Source: an uncultured Rhodospirillaceae bacterium
Lineage (GTDB): Bacteria > Pseudomonadota > Alphaproteobacteria > UBA9219
Assembly (NCBI GenBank): GCA_964453225.1
Contig: CAYVNS010000006.1
Location: forward strand, 9,036-73,035
DNA: 64,000 bases
Direction: 5' to 3'
The notes below the pieces were generated by a model that had not been told where the DNA came from, made no database searches, and worked only from the letters and a program-made list of their open reading frames with translations. The position numbers and the translations under genes are program-made. Below, piece after piece: positions 18,901 through 27,645 of this stretch (the stretch's first letter is position 1; each line of letters begins with the position of its first letter).

Positions 18901-18994
18901 CGTAGGCCACATTCGCGTCCTCGACAGGGCAGCGGGCAATGCATTTGTTGCAACCGATGCATTTGCTTTCATCGAGAACGATAATGTCGGGCAT
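15962..18994 (-). CDS. Hybrid sensor histidine kinase with N-terminal 2x[4Fe-4S] ferredoxin and [FeFe]-hydrogenase-like (H-cluster domain-like) sensor, HisKA, HATPase_c, C-terminal receiver
   Basis: CIGCNKCIARCP and CINCGQCIAVC are ferredoxin motifs. QPCPP, LSPCLGKTQE and LNCPHGCNLGTG correspond to the three [FeFe]-hydrogenase signature motifs TSCCP, MPCxxKxxE and ExMxCxxGCxxG, with reduced cysteine content. The H-box is ANMSHEIRTPMNG, the G-box is [10 protein letters not shown], and the receiver has DIVFMDCQMPIMDG and a T/K pair. Confidence 0.8.
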   Translation of the reverse strand: MPDIIVLDESKCIGCNKCIARCPVEDANVAYVVNGKNKVRIHPDRCINCGQCIAVCTHGARDYIDDTEAFFSDLAKGEKISVIAAPSIRYNVANYKKLFGLLKSLGVNLVYDVSFGADITTWAYLKVVDDKRLASIIAQPCPPIVSFIEKHKTELIENLAPVHSPALCSAIYMRNYVGVNDKIAFLSPCLGKTQELRDTGNIVSYNVTFKKLAAYMAAHNIRLDNQLEKDFDDVGCGIGMVFCRPGGLRENLEYHTKGHAWVRQIEGVDHAYTYLSEYSERIREGKSLPLFLDVLNCPHGCNLGTGTCKDACIDDIDSQINALKVQKLQEKEKTEDGKVVYSLFKEFDKTLKLDDFLRSYVDKRKRSEEESFSEEQYDEVFTKLHKLDEESRHIDCFSCGYGSCRRFATAILKGNDHPGNCINYNRAEATLEQIEVEKNKALLEQQVEEISARELQLQLFIGEIEVSQTKAMKAQLAAEQANAAKSDFLANMSHEIRTPMNGLLGMARLLMDTKLDAEQRSWAEIIYNSGMGLLEIINDILDFSKIEAGRMKLEFVTFNFYSAMAEITDMLVLRAHEKGIELIVRIDPATPRYLIGDVLRIKQVVLNLVGNAIKFTPKGHVFLDIGSRNVGASDTRLSISVKDTGIGIASEHLAHIFNKFSQAEESTTRRFGGTGLGLAISQLLINLMESEIKVDSEVGKGSNFHFDINLPRPLNDISKVPPIDIRGLRVLVFCDGDIKRKIIGDYLKAWGMAGSFCDDFQNFLQQLKDASQDGAAFHFVYVDDKIGVQRILELMDAKEIPNEVRNVMFVIAAVFGPQTATRILKCTDRAALLTRPLFPDQLQDAFKILWDGYQKKDKRGLLTRSMIAQLQNGDAEARQQKGSFQGARVLLVEDMKVNQMLMQKILEKMEVTSIDTAYNGEEGVAKIRETKYDIVFMDCQMPIMDGFEATRRIREEEANGKNHTIIVALTADAMTGDREKCLDAGMDDYLNKPFKQEQIAAMLNRWIIRT

Positions 18995-19171
18995 TCGAAA
19001 AAACCGGAGAGGAAGGCCAAGCGGAGGGAGCCATAAAGTGTAGCTATTGATAGTTATAAAAAGGTTACTAAAATAGATACAACGCCTGACTAACCGCTTC
19101 AGATTTATGAAGAAATGTCAGGCGCAAAACCCGAGCGGCGCGCCTTCGCTTTAGGAAAATGGTTGCAGGCT

Positions 19172-19504
19172 TTATTTTCTCTCGTTAAGCGCTTTTTTAA
19201 CCTTTTCCAGCTCGGCCTCCATGTCGGCAAGCATCGCTTTTTTTGCATCGGCGCCTGATTGAAACTCATCCTGCGCCTTTTTGCATATTTCGCCAAGCGG
19301 CGCAGCGCCAAGATTAAAGCTTATGCCCTTAAAAGCGTGCGCATGATCCCGCCATGCTTTTTCGTTGCCGTTAGCCAGCGCTTCATGAAGGCCGTTGACG
19401 CATTCAACGGACGAAGAAAGGAAAAGCTGAAAAAGCTCGGCCTCCATGGCGGAATCGCCCCCCGTAATGTCCTGAAGATTGCTAAAATTTACTGATGGAT
19501 CCAC
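19172..19504 (-). CDS. Hpt (histidine phosphotransfer) domain protein
   Basis: A 110-aa helical protein with a conserved His in HAHAFKGISFNLGA. It lies between the response regulator and the hybrid kinase. Confidence 0.7.
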   Translation of the reverse strand: MDPSVNFSNLQDITGGDSAMEAELFQLFLSSSVECVNGLHEALANGNEKAWRDHAHAFKGISFNLGAAPLGEICKKAQDEFQSGADAKKAMLADMEAELEKVKKALNERK

Positions 19505-20459
19505 GAACGCCTCCCTTGTGGCTGATCACATAGCGCTCGATGTAATCCAGCACCTGTTTCTTGGTGTACGGCTTCATGATAAAGCCGTCGACATTGTTCT
19601 GCCGCGCAACGCCAAGTTCGCCTTCATATGTGTTAGCGGTGACGATAATCACCTGCGCCATCGGGTCCAATTCCTTGATCGCACGAGTCAGCGAGTGGCC
19701 GCTGCCGTCGATCAAGCCCAGATCGATGAAAGCGATATCATGGGCTTTCTTGAGAAAAAGATCCCACGCCTCCCTGATGGTTTGAACCGCATCGACGGAA
19801 GGCGCCTCGCGCGTGCTGGATCGCGCGCCGCGCAGGATTTCGCAAAGCAGCCTTTGCGAAAAAATTTGATCTTCGACTACAAGAATTTGCAACTGCTTGC
19901 GAAACGGGCGCTGATCCCTGATTTCTATGTAGGAGGTCACCTGCTCCGGCGTAACGGAAAAGATGCTTTTAACGCCTTTTTCTTTTTCCGTATCGTCATC
20001 GTCATCCAGATCGAACGGGCTGGCGTCTTGCGGCAAGGGGCCTTTGATTTTCGGCTTTAACGCATTCGCCTGCGAGGATTTCTCAATTTCCGCTTCAAGA
20101 GCCGTTTTAAAATCAGCGCCGCGAGCCTTCGGATCCATGTAGGAAATAACGGCCAAAGGCTCGGCTGCCATGCCCGCTTGCACCAGGTTCGCAAGCACGA
20201 CTCCGCGTATATGCTTGTAAATCGCTTTTTGCTCCCCGCTCCAGGCAATATATATATTCTTGTTATCTGAAAAATAAATCTGCGCCTCTTTTGCTTCCTG
20301 AATGGCCGGCGTAACAGCAAGAAGGAAAGCTTCGTTCGTCATCGTCTTCAGGTTGTTGCGACGAATGCAGGCTACGCCCCATGTCGAATCGCCTTTCTTT
20401 GCGATTTCATCGACCAAAGAAATAAGGGGAATTAGGCTATCATATTCAACGGCATCCAT
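19482..20459 (-). CDS. Response regulator: uncharacterised ~160-aa N-terminal domain plus C-terminal receiver, no recognisable DNA-binding output
   Basis: The receiver is LQILVVEDQ...DIAFIDLGLIDGSG...IIVTAN...KPY. The N-terminal domain is homologous to that of the regulator at 46511-47287. Confidence 0.7.
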   Translation of the reverse strand: MDAVEYDSLIPLISLVDEIAKKGDSTWGVACIRRNNLKTMTNEAFLLAVTPAIQEAKEAQIYFSDNKNIYIAWSGEQKAIYKHIRGVVLANLVQAGMAAEPLAVISYMDPKARGADFKTALEAEIEKSSQANALKPKIKGPLPQDASPFDLDDDDDTEKEKGVKSIFSVTPEQVTSYIEIRDQRPFRKQLQILVVEDQIFSQRLLCEILRGARSSTREAPSVDAVQTIREAWDLFLKKAHDIAFIDLGLIDGSGHSLTRAIKELDPMAQVIIVTANTYEGELGVARQNNVDGFIMKPYTKKQVLDYIERYVISHKGGVRGSISKF

Positions 20460-20925
20460 GATGATCCATTAAGTACGCATATAAGTCGGAAAAAAGAAAG
20501 GCGGGAAACTCCTTTTAACTTAGTCTAAAGGATGGGCCTAAAACATGCAACATCTTCAAGCATGCAGCAACGCAAGCATATGATTGTATGAAATATTCTC
20601 ACAGCTTTGGCATCCGAAAGCGGGTAATAATCTTATAACATTAAGGCAAAGTCCCCCGCCCCGATTCAACTAGAAAGGACATGCTTTATCAAAAGTCTTT
20701 GGATGGCGATTCACCATCCGGATTATCGTTTCAAAGGAACAAGAAAAACAAAAATGACTCTGGCTCCTTCGAAAGCTCCGCACTGCCCCACAAGCACCCT
20801 TTCCGAGCTTGATGTGCCTAAAAAACGCAGAAAGCTTAGGACAAAGGCCTTTACAGGCATTAATTTCGAAAAATGACATTTTTTGCTTGCCCGCCGTAAG
20901 GGGAAATTGTTTAGTTGCCCCCGCT

Positions 20926-21019
20926 GGAGACGTGGCCGAGTGGCTGAAGGCGGCGGTTTGCTAAACCGTTATAGGTTTGTAAAGGCCTATCGAGGGTTCG
21001 AATCCCTCCGTCTCCGCCA
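20926..21019 (+). tRNA. tRNA-Ser (anticodon GCU), CCA encoded
   Basis: GGAGACGTGGCCGAGTGGCTGAAGGCGGCGGTTTGCTAAACCGTT followed by a long variable arm, then GAGGGTTCGAATCCCTCCGTCTCCGCCA. The anticodon loop TTGCTAA gives GCT. Confidence 0.9.
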
Positions 21020-21050
21020 GTTTATATAACAATATCAGTACATTGATCCA

Positions 21051-21073
21051 TTGGTTCGAATCCGGATTTGGGA
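21051..21073 (+). repeat. Degenerate tRNA 3'-end-like fragment (ttggttcgaatccggatttggga) 30 bp after tRNA-Ser
   Basis: It contains the T-loop consensus GGTTCGAATCC but does not match the adjacent tRNA-Ser. It could be an old att remnant. Confidence 0.3.
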
Positions 21074-21131
21074 TTAGAAGTCATCATTCTACTCTTTAAT
21101 AAGCCTCTTTCTTATTAACGGATAATACACT

Positions 21132-21164
21132 AACCTTTAATAAGATGGTTCCTTATTAAAGGTT
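21132..21164. promoter_or_regulatory. Perfect 13-bp inverted repeat with 7-nt spacer immediately upstream of the fic start
   Basis: aacctttaataag atggttc cttattaaaggtt. Confidence 0.4.
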
Positions 21165-21171
21165 GGGCTTT

Positions 21172-22350
21172 ATGGAAAAAGCATCAAACAAGAACAGACT
21201 CGGCTCCTACGTTTCTCGGTCTAGCGCCGGAGAAATGTACAAGGCCTTCGTACCCCCTGCTCTGCCGCCTGATCCGCCGCTTGATATGGATAGACTATAC
21301 AAACCACTCGACAAGGCCATGAAGGCTTTGGGCGAACTGGATGCTTTGGCAAAGCTTCTTCCGGATATAGGCCTTTTCCTTTACATGTACGTTCGTAAAG
21401 AAGCCCTCCTATCTTCGCAGATAGAAGGAACTCAGTCGTCTTTATCCGATCTTCTGCTTTTTGAAAATCAGGAAAAGACAAATGCACCGGCGGACGATGT
21501 CGAGGAAGTTTCAAATTATATCGCCGCGCTTAATCATGGACTGAAGCGGATGAGGGGAGGTTTCCCTTTATCGACCCGCCTTATACGCGAAATGCACGCT
21601 ATTTTATTACGCGGCGGGCGCGGTTCCACTAAAGCGCCTGGAGAGTTTCGCCGCTCGCAGAACTGGATTGGCGGCACCAGGCCCGGTAAGGCTCGTTATG
21701 TCCCCGCTCCACCTGAAATGGTTGGCGACCTTATGAGCGATTTGGAAAAATTTATCTACACCGACAAACAAAGCCTGCCGACTTTGATTAAGGCAGCGCT
21801 CGTTCATGTGCAGTTTGAAACGATCCATCCTTTTCTCGACGGCAATGGACGTCTGGGGCGGCTGCTCATTACCTTGTTGCTCTGCGCTAACGAGACGCTG
21901 GTTCAGCCGATTTTGTACCTCAGCCTGTATTTTAAAGAACATCGGCAGATTTATTACGATCTTCTGCAAGACGTCCGATTGAAAGGCGATTGGGAAGAAT
22001 GGTGTGAATTCTTCCTTGATGGAGTGCAGGAAACGGCAACCAAAGGCTCGGCTGACGCGAAAAAAATTATTGATCTATTAGAGCGCGATCGCAAACGTAT
22101 CGGCGTGATCGGCAAGGCATCAAAGAGTGCATTAAAAGTTCATGAGTATCTGCTGAAGAAACCGTTTCTGTCGATCACCAAGGCATCAAAGACGCTTAAG
22201 CTATCTGTTCCGACCACAACGAATGCCGTGCAGAAATTAGTGAAGATCGGGCTCCTGAAAGAACTAACCGGCGGCGCACGAAACAGGCTTTTCGCATATA
22301 CCGATTATCTGGCCATTCTAACTGTTGGCACCGGGCCGCTGAAGAAATAA
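21172..22350 (+). CDS. fic: Fic family protein (AMPylation/Fido domain)
   Basis: The Fic motif HPFLDGNGRLGRLL is present. The track ORF starts at an upstream TTG, but the ATG at 21172 (MEKASNKN) is more likely. Confidence 0.85.
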   Translation: MEKASNKNRLGSYVSRSSAGEMYKAFVPPALPPDPPLDMDRLYKPLDKAMKALGELDALAKLLPDIGLFLYMYVRKEALLSSQIEGTQSSLSDLLLFENQEKTNAPADDVEEVSNYIAALNHGLKRMRGGFPLSTRLIREMHAILLRGGRGSTKAPGEFRRSQNWIGGTRPGKARYVPAPPEMVGDLMSDLEKFIYTDKQSLPTLIKAALVHVQFETIHPFLDGNGRLGRLLITLLLCANETLVQPILYLSLYFKEHRQIYYDLLQDVRLKGDWEEWCEFFLDGVQETATKGSADAKKIIDLLERDRKRIGVIGKASKSALKVHEYLLKKPFLSITKASKTLKLSVPTTTNAVQKLVKIGLLKELTGGARNRLFAYTDYLAILTVGTGPLKK

Positions 22351-22361
22351 AGCAGCTAAAA

Positions 22362-23768
22362 TCACCCAACAAGTTGCTCAGCGTCGTTCTCCATTCTTTC
22401 ATAAAAACTGCCGAGGTCATTTCCCAAATGGAACTGGCTATTGCAACGATTTCTTGGAAGAAACAAGCCATATAAATCGGATTCCGTCATATACTCGTCA
22501 AACGAATAAGGAAGAGGAAACAGTTTGAATTTCGACATATAGTCTTGAACCGCCGCTTTGATAGTCTCCGGCGATGCATTTTTAAATATCAGCCGATACA
22601 TCATTTCGGCCACAAAATCGAAGTCTTTTTCCTTTAAACCTCTTCTTGTCGCCGACTGGACGCCGAGCCGGAATCCATAAATATTGTCTTCTTCCGACAG
22701 CACGACATTGTTTGTTCTAATGCCGCCCTTATTCAAAAATTCTCTTGTTACAAAATCGGTGCGCGCCCAATCGCCTATTGCCACATGCACTTGATTTGTT
22801 TGCGTATAGCCGAATACATCCCCTCTTACGTTAAAGCCTCTTTCGGCAAGAACCTTCGCCAAACGCTTGGCATTAAGCTTGGTTTGCAGGGCATAAGAAG
22901 CGCCAAAATATTTTATCTCTAAAAGCGTGACGTAGAAGTTGATTAAAAGTTCCGAATGGCAATTGCTTTGCAGTTTTGGGAAAACACACGGAGAGATTTT
23001 GTCGCACAATGCCCTTGAATCCGCATATCCAACATACCCCTTCTGTGGCCCCGGGATGGTTTTGTGCGTGCTTCCGTGGATAATATCGGCCCCCACATCA
23101 ATCGGATTGGGTAATGTGCCGGTTGCAATAAAAAGCCCGTCATGACTTGCGTCGTAGGACAAAACGACGTCCTTTGGAAGCGCTCGCCTTATCTCCTTAA
23201 TGTCTTGCATCCGTAATTTATTGGATTGGTCAAGCATCACTACCCGAATTTCAGGATGCTTTTTAATCGTCTCAGACAAAGCTTCCGCATCGATAAGAAG
23301 GCTATCTTTCTTGACTTTAAAATAATAACTATTAACTCCTAATTGTTCCGCCATCCCATCCAGTGCGAAATGCCCTCCGTCGCTTCTGGAAAAATGAACA
23401 ATGCCATCTCCTCTCCCGCACAAACCGAAGAGAACCGCATGTTCGCACCCTTCTCCGCCGTTGGGCCTCCAATCGAAATATTTTGTACCGAAGATTTCGT
23501 TTCCCAGAGAGATAAGCTCTGCATTAAAACGATCTACAGCCTCGCTTCGCGGATAGAAAGTCTTGAATTCATAGTTATCGACAGGAGGCTGGAAATCGTA
23601 AAAGCTTGAGCTAACGAAGTTATGTGCGCTGCGGACGTGAAAACTTGGATAATTCTCGTTCGCGGTCAGAGAGATGCAATTTTCATGATGCTGCGCATCT
23701 TCAAATAGCCTGTTGGCAATGTTCCTGACCAAGGAACGATAACCTGACTGAATATCACTATTATCCAT
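22362..23768 (-). CDS. Serine hydroxymethyltransferase-fold PLP-dependent enzyme, strongly divergent (candidate aldolase/transaldolase)
   Basis: LTANENY resembles SHMT LIASEN. DGGHFALDG resembles GGHLTHG. HGSTHKTIPGPQKGY resembles TTTHKTLRGPRGG with the PLP lysine. The 468 aa protein diverges elsewhere. This is the last gene of the AT-rich operon. Confidence 0.65.
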   Translation of the reverse strand: MDNSDIQSGYRSLVRNIANRLFEDAQHHENCISLTANENYPSFHVRSAHNFVSSSFYDFQPPVDNYEFKTFYPRSEAVDRFNAELISLGNEIFGTKYFDWRPNGGEGCEHAVLFGLCGRGDGIVHFSRSDGGHFALDGMAEQLGVNSYYFKVKKDSLLIDAEALSETIKKHPEIRVVMLDQSNKLRMQDIKEIRRALPKDVVLSYDASHDGLFIATGTLPNPIDVGADIIHGSTHKTIPGPQKGYVGYADSRALCDKISPCVFPKLQSNCHSELLINFYVTLLEIKYFGASYALQTKLNAKRLAKVLAERGFNVRGDVFGYTQTNQVHVAIGDWARTDFVTREFLNKGGIRTNNVVLSEEDNIYGFRLGVQSATRRGLKEKDFDFVAEMMYRLIFKNASPETIKAAVQDYMSKFKLFPLPYSFDEYMTESDLYGLFLPRNRCNSQFHLGNDLGSFYERMENDAEQLVG

Positions 23769-23849
23769 TTTTCGTCAATCCCGTTTGGGGCAATGCCGGC
23801 GCACGACTCTTTTGCGCCGGCAGCAGCATCTATCCATCACAAGGCGGCT

Positions 23850-24905
23850 TTAAAGCGCACTACTTTGCTTTTTTGTCCAAAATTTTTTCAAGACCTCATC
23901 CATCGTCTCAATATCGATGTCTAAATATTTGATGAGGTCGAGGGTTGCCGGAGGTAATGATTTAACCTCCTCGCTGACCAGAAGCTCTTTGGCTTCCTGA
24001 ATTGAAATTTCCCCGAACTTCAGAAGGTTGCTGACTTGGACATTCTTTCCGCAATATCCATGCTTTTTGTATTTAAAATATTCCAGTATGGGGTTGATCT
24101 TGCAGTCGGCGTGGAAAAACTGTCCTTTCGGATGCCTCCAATCGTACAATTCCTTAAGTTTCTTGTTGACCGCATGATAATCGCTATCGACGTCATAAAA
24201 ATCTGGCAAATCGACGGTCAGAAACTTGGGCCTCCAATTCTTAATATGAAGGAAATCAGCATTCCGGTTCAAATCTTCTTTCGTGATGTTCTGCTGTTTC
24301 GCAAAAGACTCAATCTTCTTATTAAACTCTTCCTCGGATTTTGCATAATATCCGCTGTAATTGCTGTCGATATAATTGTAATCGAATTTCGAATTGATGC
24401 CGCGCAGATATATGGGCACATCGTATAACTTGGCTGCCATTGCAACGACATACTCATGGCCCTGATGGCATGGAGAGCAAAATTCACCGTAATTCACCAA
24501 GAAACCCCTAGTTATCTTTTTATTGAAGGCCTCATTAATCTTGAACGTTATGAAGTCAACTCCTTGAACTGAAGAACACCGGTCCATATTGAACTTGGCC
24601 TCATCGGTAACAAATCCCGTGTCGTAATAGACGGCCAACGGCACAAGTCCCAGATGGTTCTTGACATAGTCGAGCATGAACCCGCTGTCTCTTCCTCCCG
24701 TAATTCCAATAATACAATCGTATTTTGAAGTGTTTTCCGCGGCGACTTCTCTTACTTGTTCCAAGCTCATGGAGAGATTGTCGTTCGACAGCATCTGTCC
24801 CGGACTTTTGGTCACGTCGATATCCGATGAACAATAATTGCATCCCTCTTGCGTCGCATTAATGACATCGCCGGGCATTAAACATTTCTTACAATTGCCG
24901 CACAT
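23850..24905 (-). CDS. PP-loop ATP pyrophosphatase-family amidotransferase with N-terminal Cys4 ribbon (N-acetyl sugar amidotransferase-like)
   Basis: CGNCKKC...CNYC at the N-terminus, then the PP-loop IGITGGRDSGFMLDY. The ~350 aa architecture is as in WbpG/WbuX-type amidotransferases. Confidence 0.6.
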   Translation of the reverse strand: MCGNCKKCLMPGDVINATQEGCNYCSSDIDVTKSPGQMLSNDNLSMSLEQVREVAAENTSKYDCIIGITGGRDSGFMLDYVKNHLGLVPLAVYYDTGFVTDEAKFNMDRCSSVQGVDFITFKINEAFNKKITRGFLVNYGEFCSPCHQGHEYVVAMAAKLYDVPIYLRGINSKFDYNYIDSNYSGYYAKSEEEFNKKIESFAKQQNITKEDLNRNADFLHIKNWRPKFLTVDLPDFYDVDSDYHAVNKKLKELYDWRHPKGQFFHADCKINPILEYFKYKKHGYCGKNVQVSNLLKFGEISIQEAKELLVSEEVKSLPPATLDLIKYLDIDIETMDEVLKKFWTKKQSSAL

Positions 24906-24914
24906 TCCTTCCTC

Positions 24915-25808
24915 CTATGTCTGAGTGAGTATTGTTTCGGGTTTTTGCGTGCGCGGGCCCTTTTCCGCTTGGAGACGAAAATCGCTCGCAGGATAAACCC
25001 CCATGACCGCGACTTCCTCGGCGTAGAAGGAAAGCTCCTCTATCGCCAGTTTCATAAGTTCTTCATCGGGATGTCCTTCGACGTCGATCCAGAATTGCGC
25101 TACGCTGAAGCCGCCATCTGCAAGATAACTTTCAAGGCGCGTAATATTGATTCCGTTGGTGGCGAATCCGCCTAACGTTTTGTAAAGTGCGGCAGGAACA
25201 TTGCGTACGCGATAGATCAATGTCGTAATACATGGCCCGTCGCTGATTTCCGGACGCAAAGGCGTGGGCGATAAAATCAGGCATCGCGTCGTATTGCCGC
25301 GTACATTGGCAATGTCGGCCGCGAGGCTTTGTAAACCATAAAGTTCTCCAGCCAACTTTGAAGCAATGGCGGCAACCCTCACATCGCCCAACTTCGCCAC
25401 TTCCTCAGCCGATCCGGCCGTATCCGGGCGAACGATGGGGTCGATATTATGCGCTTTCAGCCATTGGCTGCACTGCGGCAAAGCATGGACGTGGCTACGC
25501 ACCTCCTTGATGTCGGCCAATGTCGCATTCGGCAGTGCAAGCAAATGATGCTCGACAGACTGGTAATGCTCACCGATGATATAAAGACCGCTTTTGGGCA
25601 GAAGATAGTGAACGACAGCAACTCGACCGGCAACTGAATTTTCAACAGGGATCATGGCCTGATCCGCCCGCCCTTCATGCACGGCCGTGACGGCTTCCCC
25701 GACGGTCGTACAAGAAACGGTTTCGTAGTCCGGCAAGGCCTCACGGCAAGCCAAATCGGAGTACGCGCCCGGAACACCCTCAAATGCAATGCGTTTAGAC
25801 ATTATCAT
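24915..25808 (-). CDS. pheA: Prephenate dehydratase with C-terminal ACT domain
   Basis: RIAFEGVPGAYSDLA...IPVENSVAGRV and the TRL and ESRP-like regions, at 297 aa. Confidence 0.8.
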   Translation of the reverse strand: MIMSKRIAFEGVPGAYSDLACREALPDYETVSCTTVGEAVTAVHEGRADQAMIPVENSVAGRVAVVHYLLPKSGLYIIGEHYQSVEHHLLALPNATLADIKEVRSHVHALPQCSQWLKAHNIDPIVRPDTAGSAEEVAKLGDVRVAAIASKLAGELYGLQSLAADIANVRGNTTRCLILSPTPLRPEISDGPCITTLIYRVRNVPAALYKTLGGFATNGINITRLESYLADGGFSVAQFWIDVEGHPDEELMKLAIEELSFYAEEVAVMGVYPASDFRLQAEKGPRTQKPETILTQT

Positions 25809-25862
25809 ACCTCTCTTCTTGGGTTGAACACTTCACCATACGGGCAACAATTTATGGAGAAG

Positions 25863-27635
25863 TCAACCACAAGCAATTCCTTTTCCCCTTGGTTTTGCGT
25901 TTGGCAGAGGAAGGGAGGGTCCATTCGCCATGTATTGCTGATCGAATTCTTTCTTTGCTTGACCGAGCTGATGAACAAGCTCTGCGGCGCTTTCCCGATC
26001 CATGTACGGATTAAGGATATAATATCTTAGCGCAGTAACGCCTTCTCCGATCGGAGCATAGAAAGCGGCGGCAGTCTTCCCTATGGAAAAGCCATTTTCG
26101 CCTTCAACGTGATTGGCTTGCAGCCAATCATAGAATTCGGAATTGTACTCGTCTGTTTCCGACAATGCTGCCGCATCGAGCAACTCCCGCTCATGCTCTT
26201 TACAAGGCTCCGTTCCGGGGGGGAAGGCGCGCACATATACGTCGGAGCCGAAAGACTGCCGGTTTACGACATAAAGTCCCGTTTCAGAAGATTTTTCATT
26301 TATGCCGTCTCTGATGAGCTCAGCCATTTCCAACGCATGACCGAGCAGGACTTGGTACCCTTCTTTGCCGAAAGCTTTTGCCGTGATCCATGTCCCCACC
26401 ATGTTGGCAGCCGAACGCGAAGTCTCCAACGAATACTTTCCAGGATGATAGTCGTTCGGATCGAAAAATAACGGCGTCATCATCTGGCTTTCGCGTCCAA
26501 GATTGGAAAGATCTTGCTTATTCCGCGCGATCACGACGCTTGAAACATAGGGAACATATCCGGTCTTGTGAAAATCCAATCCGATGCTGTCGGCATAGCG
26601 GAAAGTTTTGACAAGCTCGGTCGTACGCTGAATCTTGCCAAGAACTTTTTCGCTGAAACCCAGCGGATTTTTTGCAAAGTCATAGTCTGCAAAGTGCAGG
26701 TACGCCCATCCGATAACGCTGTCGCTATGAATATGAGGAGAATAATCCAGTGCGAATTCCTCGACCAAACGATCGCGCATCTCAGCCATATCCTTGAAAT
26801 TGTCTATGCCCATATTCGAGGTAGTGCCGCCAACTCCGACAATGCAAGCAATCCTCTTTCCCGCCTTGATTTGCTCCCTGCAAATTCTTTCCATATGGGC
26901 AAGATCCGTTGTTTGATCCATGTTGGATCGCGCCATCAGATAGTTATTGCGACCGAGGCCAAGCCAATTTGTGGAGTTTTGCTGAGCATAATGAGCGGGC
27001 ACTGAACCGACGATAACAAGGTTTCCTTTGCTTCCTTCAAAAATGAAATCGGGATCGGCCTTGGATATCCCCATTTTAAAGCCATACAAAATCGTAGCGG
27101 TTCCTCCGAATGTAAACAGCCCCCCTGCCTGCGCCGGATCGTAACCGGCCATTTCTGAATATACCTTTGAGATCGATATCTCGGCATTCAAAGCATTGGC
27201 TGCATATTCGCTCGTGACGGCATTCGGCATATACAAAGACGTCACTAAATGACCGGCAAAGTATGTCCACGACGGAACCGGGATCACGTTCTTGTTCATC
27301 TTCACATGGCTTGCTTTAACAATCCCTTCAAGCTCATTGGGAAGAGAGGAAATCGCCGCGAAAGGATTGACGGTAAGATTTTCGGGCAAGCGCGCAACCC
27401 TAACGACTTCTTCGAAAGGCAAAGAAGGGCTGGTTCGCCGATAGGTTGGCCCCGAACCCTCGTTTTCCATCGTGACATCGACGGCCTCGCGCAACAGAGA
27501 AATCATTTTTTCTTTGTTGCTCCCGTCGGGCGCGAGGAAATAATTGTTTCTAAGGCACGTCAACAATTCTTCGTATTTGCGCGCTTGCGGCGGTGCTTCC
27601 AGAAAGTCGCCATCGAAAATCTGACCCACACTCAT
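25863..27635 (-). CDS. Group II pyridoxal-dependent amino-acid decarboxylase (aromatic/tyrosine-decarboxylase-like)
   Basis: DFHKTGYVPYVSSVV matches the DPHKMGYVPY PLP-lysine motif of bacterial tyrosine decarboxylases. The 590 aa size is similar. Confidence 0.65.
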   Translation of the reverse strand: MSVGQIFDGDFLEAPPQARKYEELLTCLRNNYFLAPDGSNKEKMISLLREAVDVTMENEGSGPTYRRTSPSLPFEEVVRVARLPENLTVNPFAAISSLPNELEGIVKASHVKMNKNVIPVPSWTYFAGHLVTSLYMPNAVTSEYAANALNAEISISKVYSEMAGYDPAQAGGLFTFGGTATILYGFKMGISKADPDFIFEGSKGNLVIVGSVPAHYAQQNSTNWLGLGRNNYLMARSNMDQTTDLAHMERICREQIKAGKRIACIVGVGGTTSNMGIDNFKDMAEMRDRLVEEFALDYSPHIHSDSVIGWAYLHFADYDFAKNPLGFSEKVLGKIQRTTELVKTFRYADSIGLDFHKTGYVPYVSSVVIARNKQDLSNLGRESQMMTPLFFDPNDYHPGKYSLETSRSAANMVGTWITAKAFGKEGYQVLLGHALEMAELIRDGINEKSSETGLYVVNRQSFGSDVYVRAFPPGTEPCKEHERELLDAAALSETDEYNSEFYDWLQANHVEGENGFSIGKTAAAFYAPIGEGVTALRYYILNPYMDRESAAELVHQLGQAKKEFDQQYMANGPSLPLPNAKPRGKGIACG

Positions 27636-27645
27636 ATGACGACCC

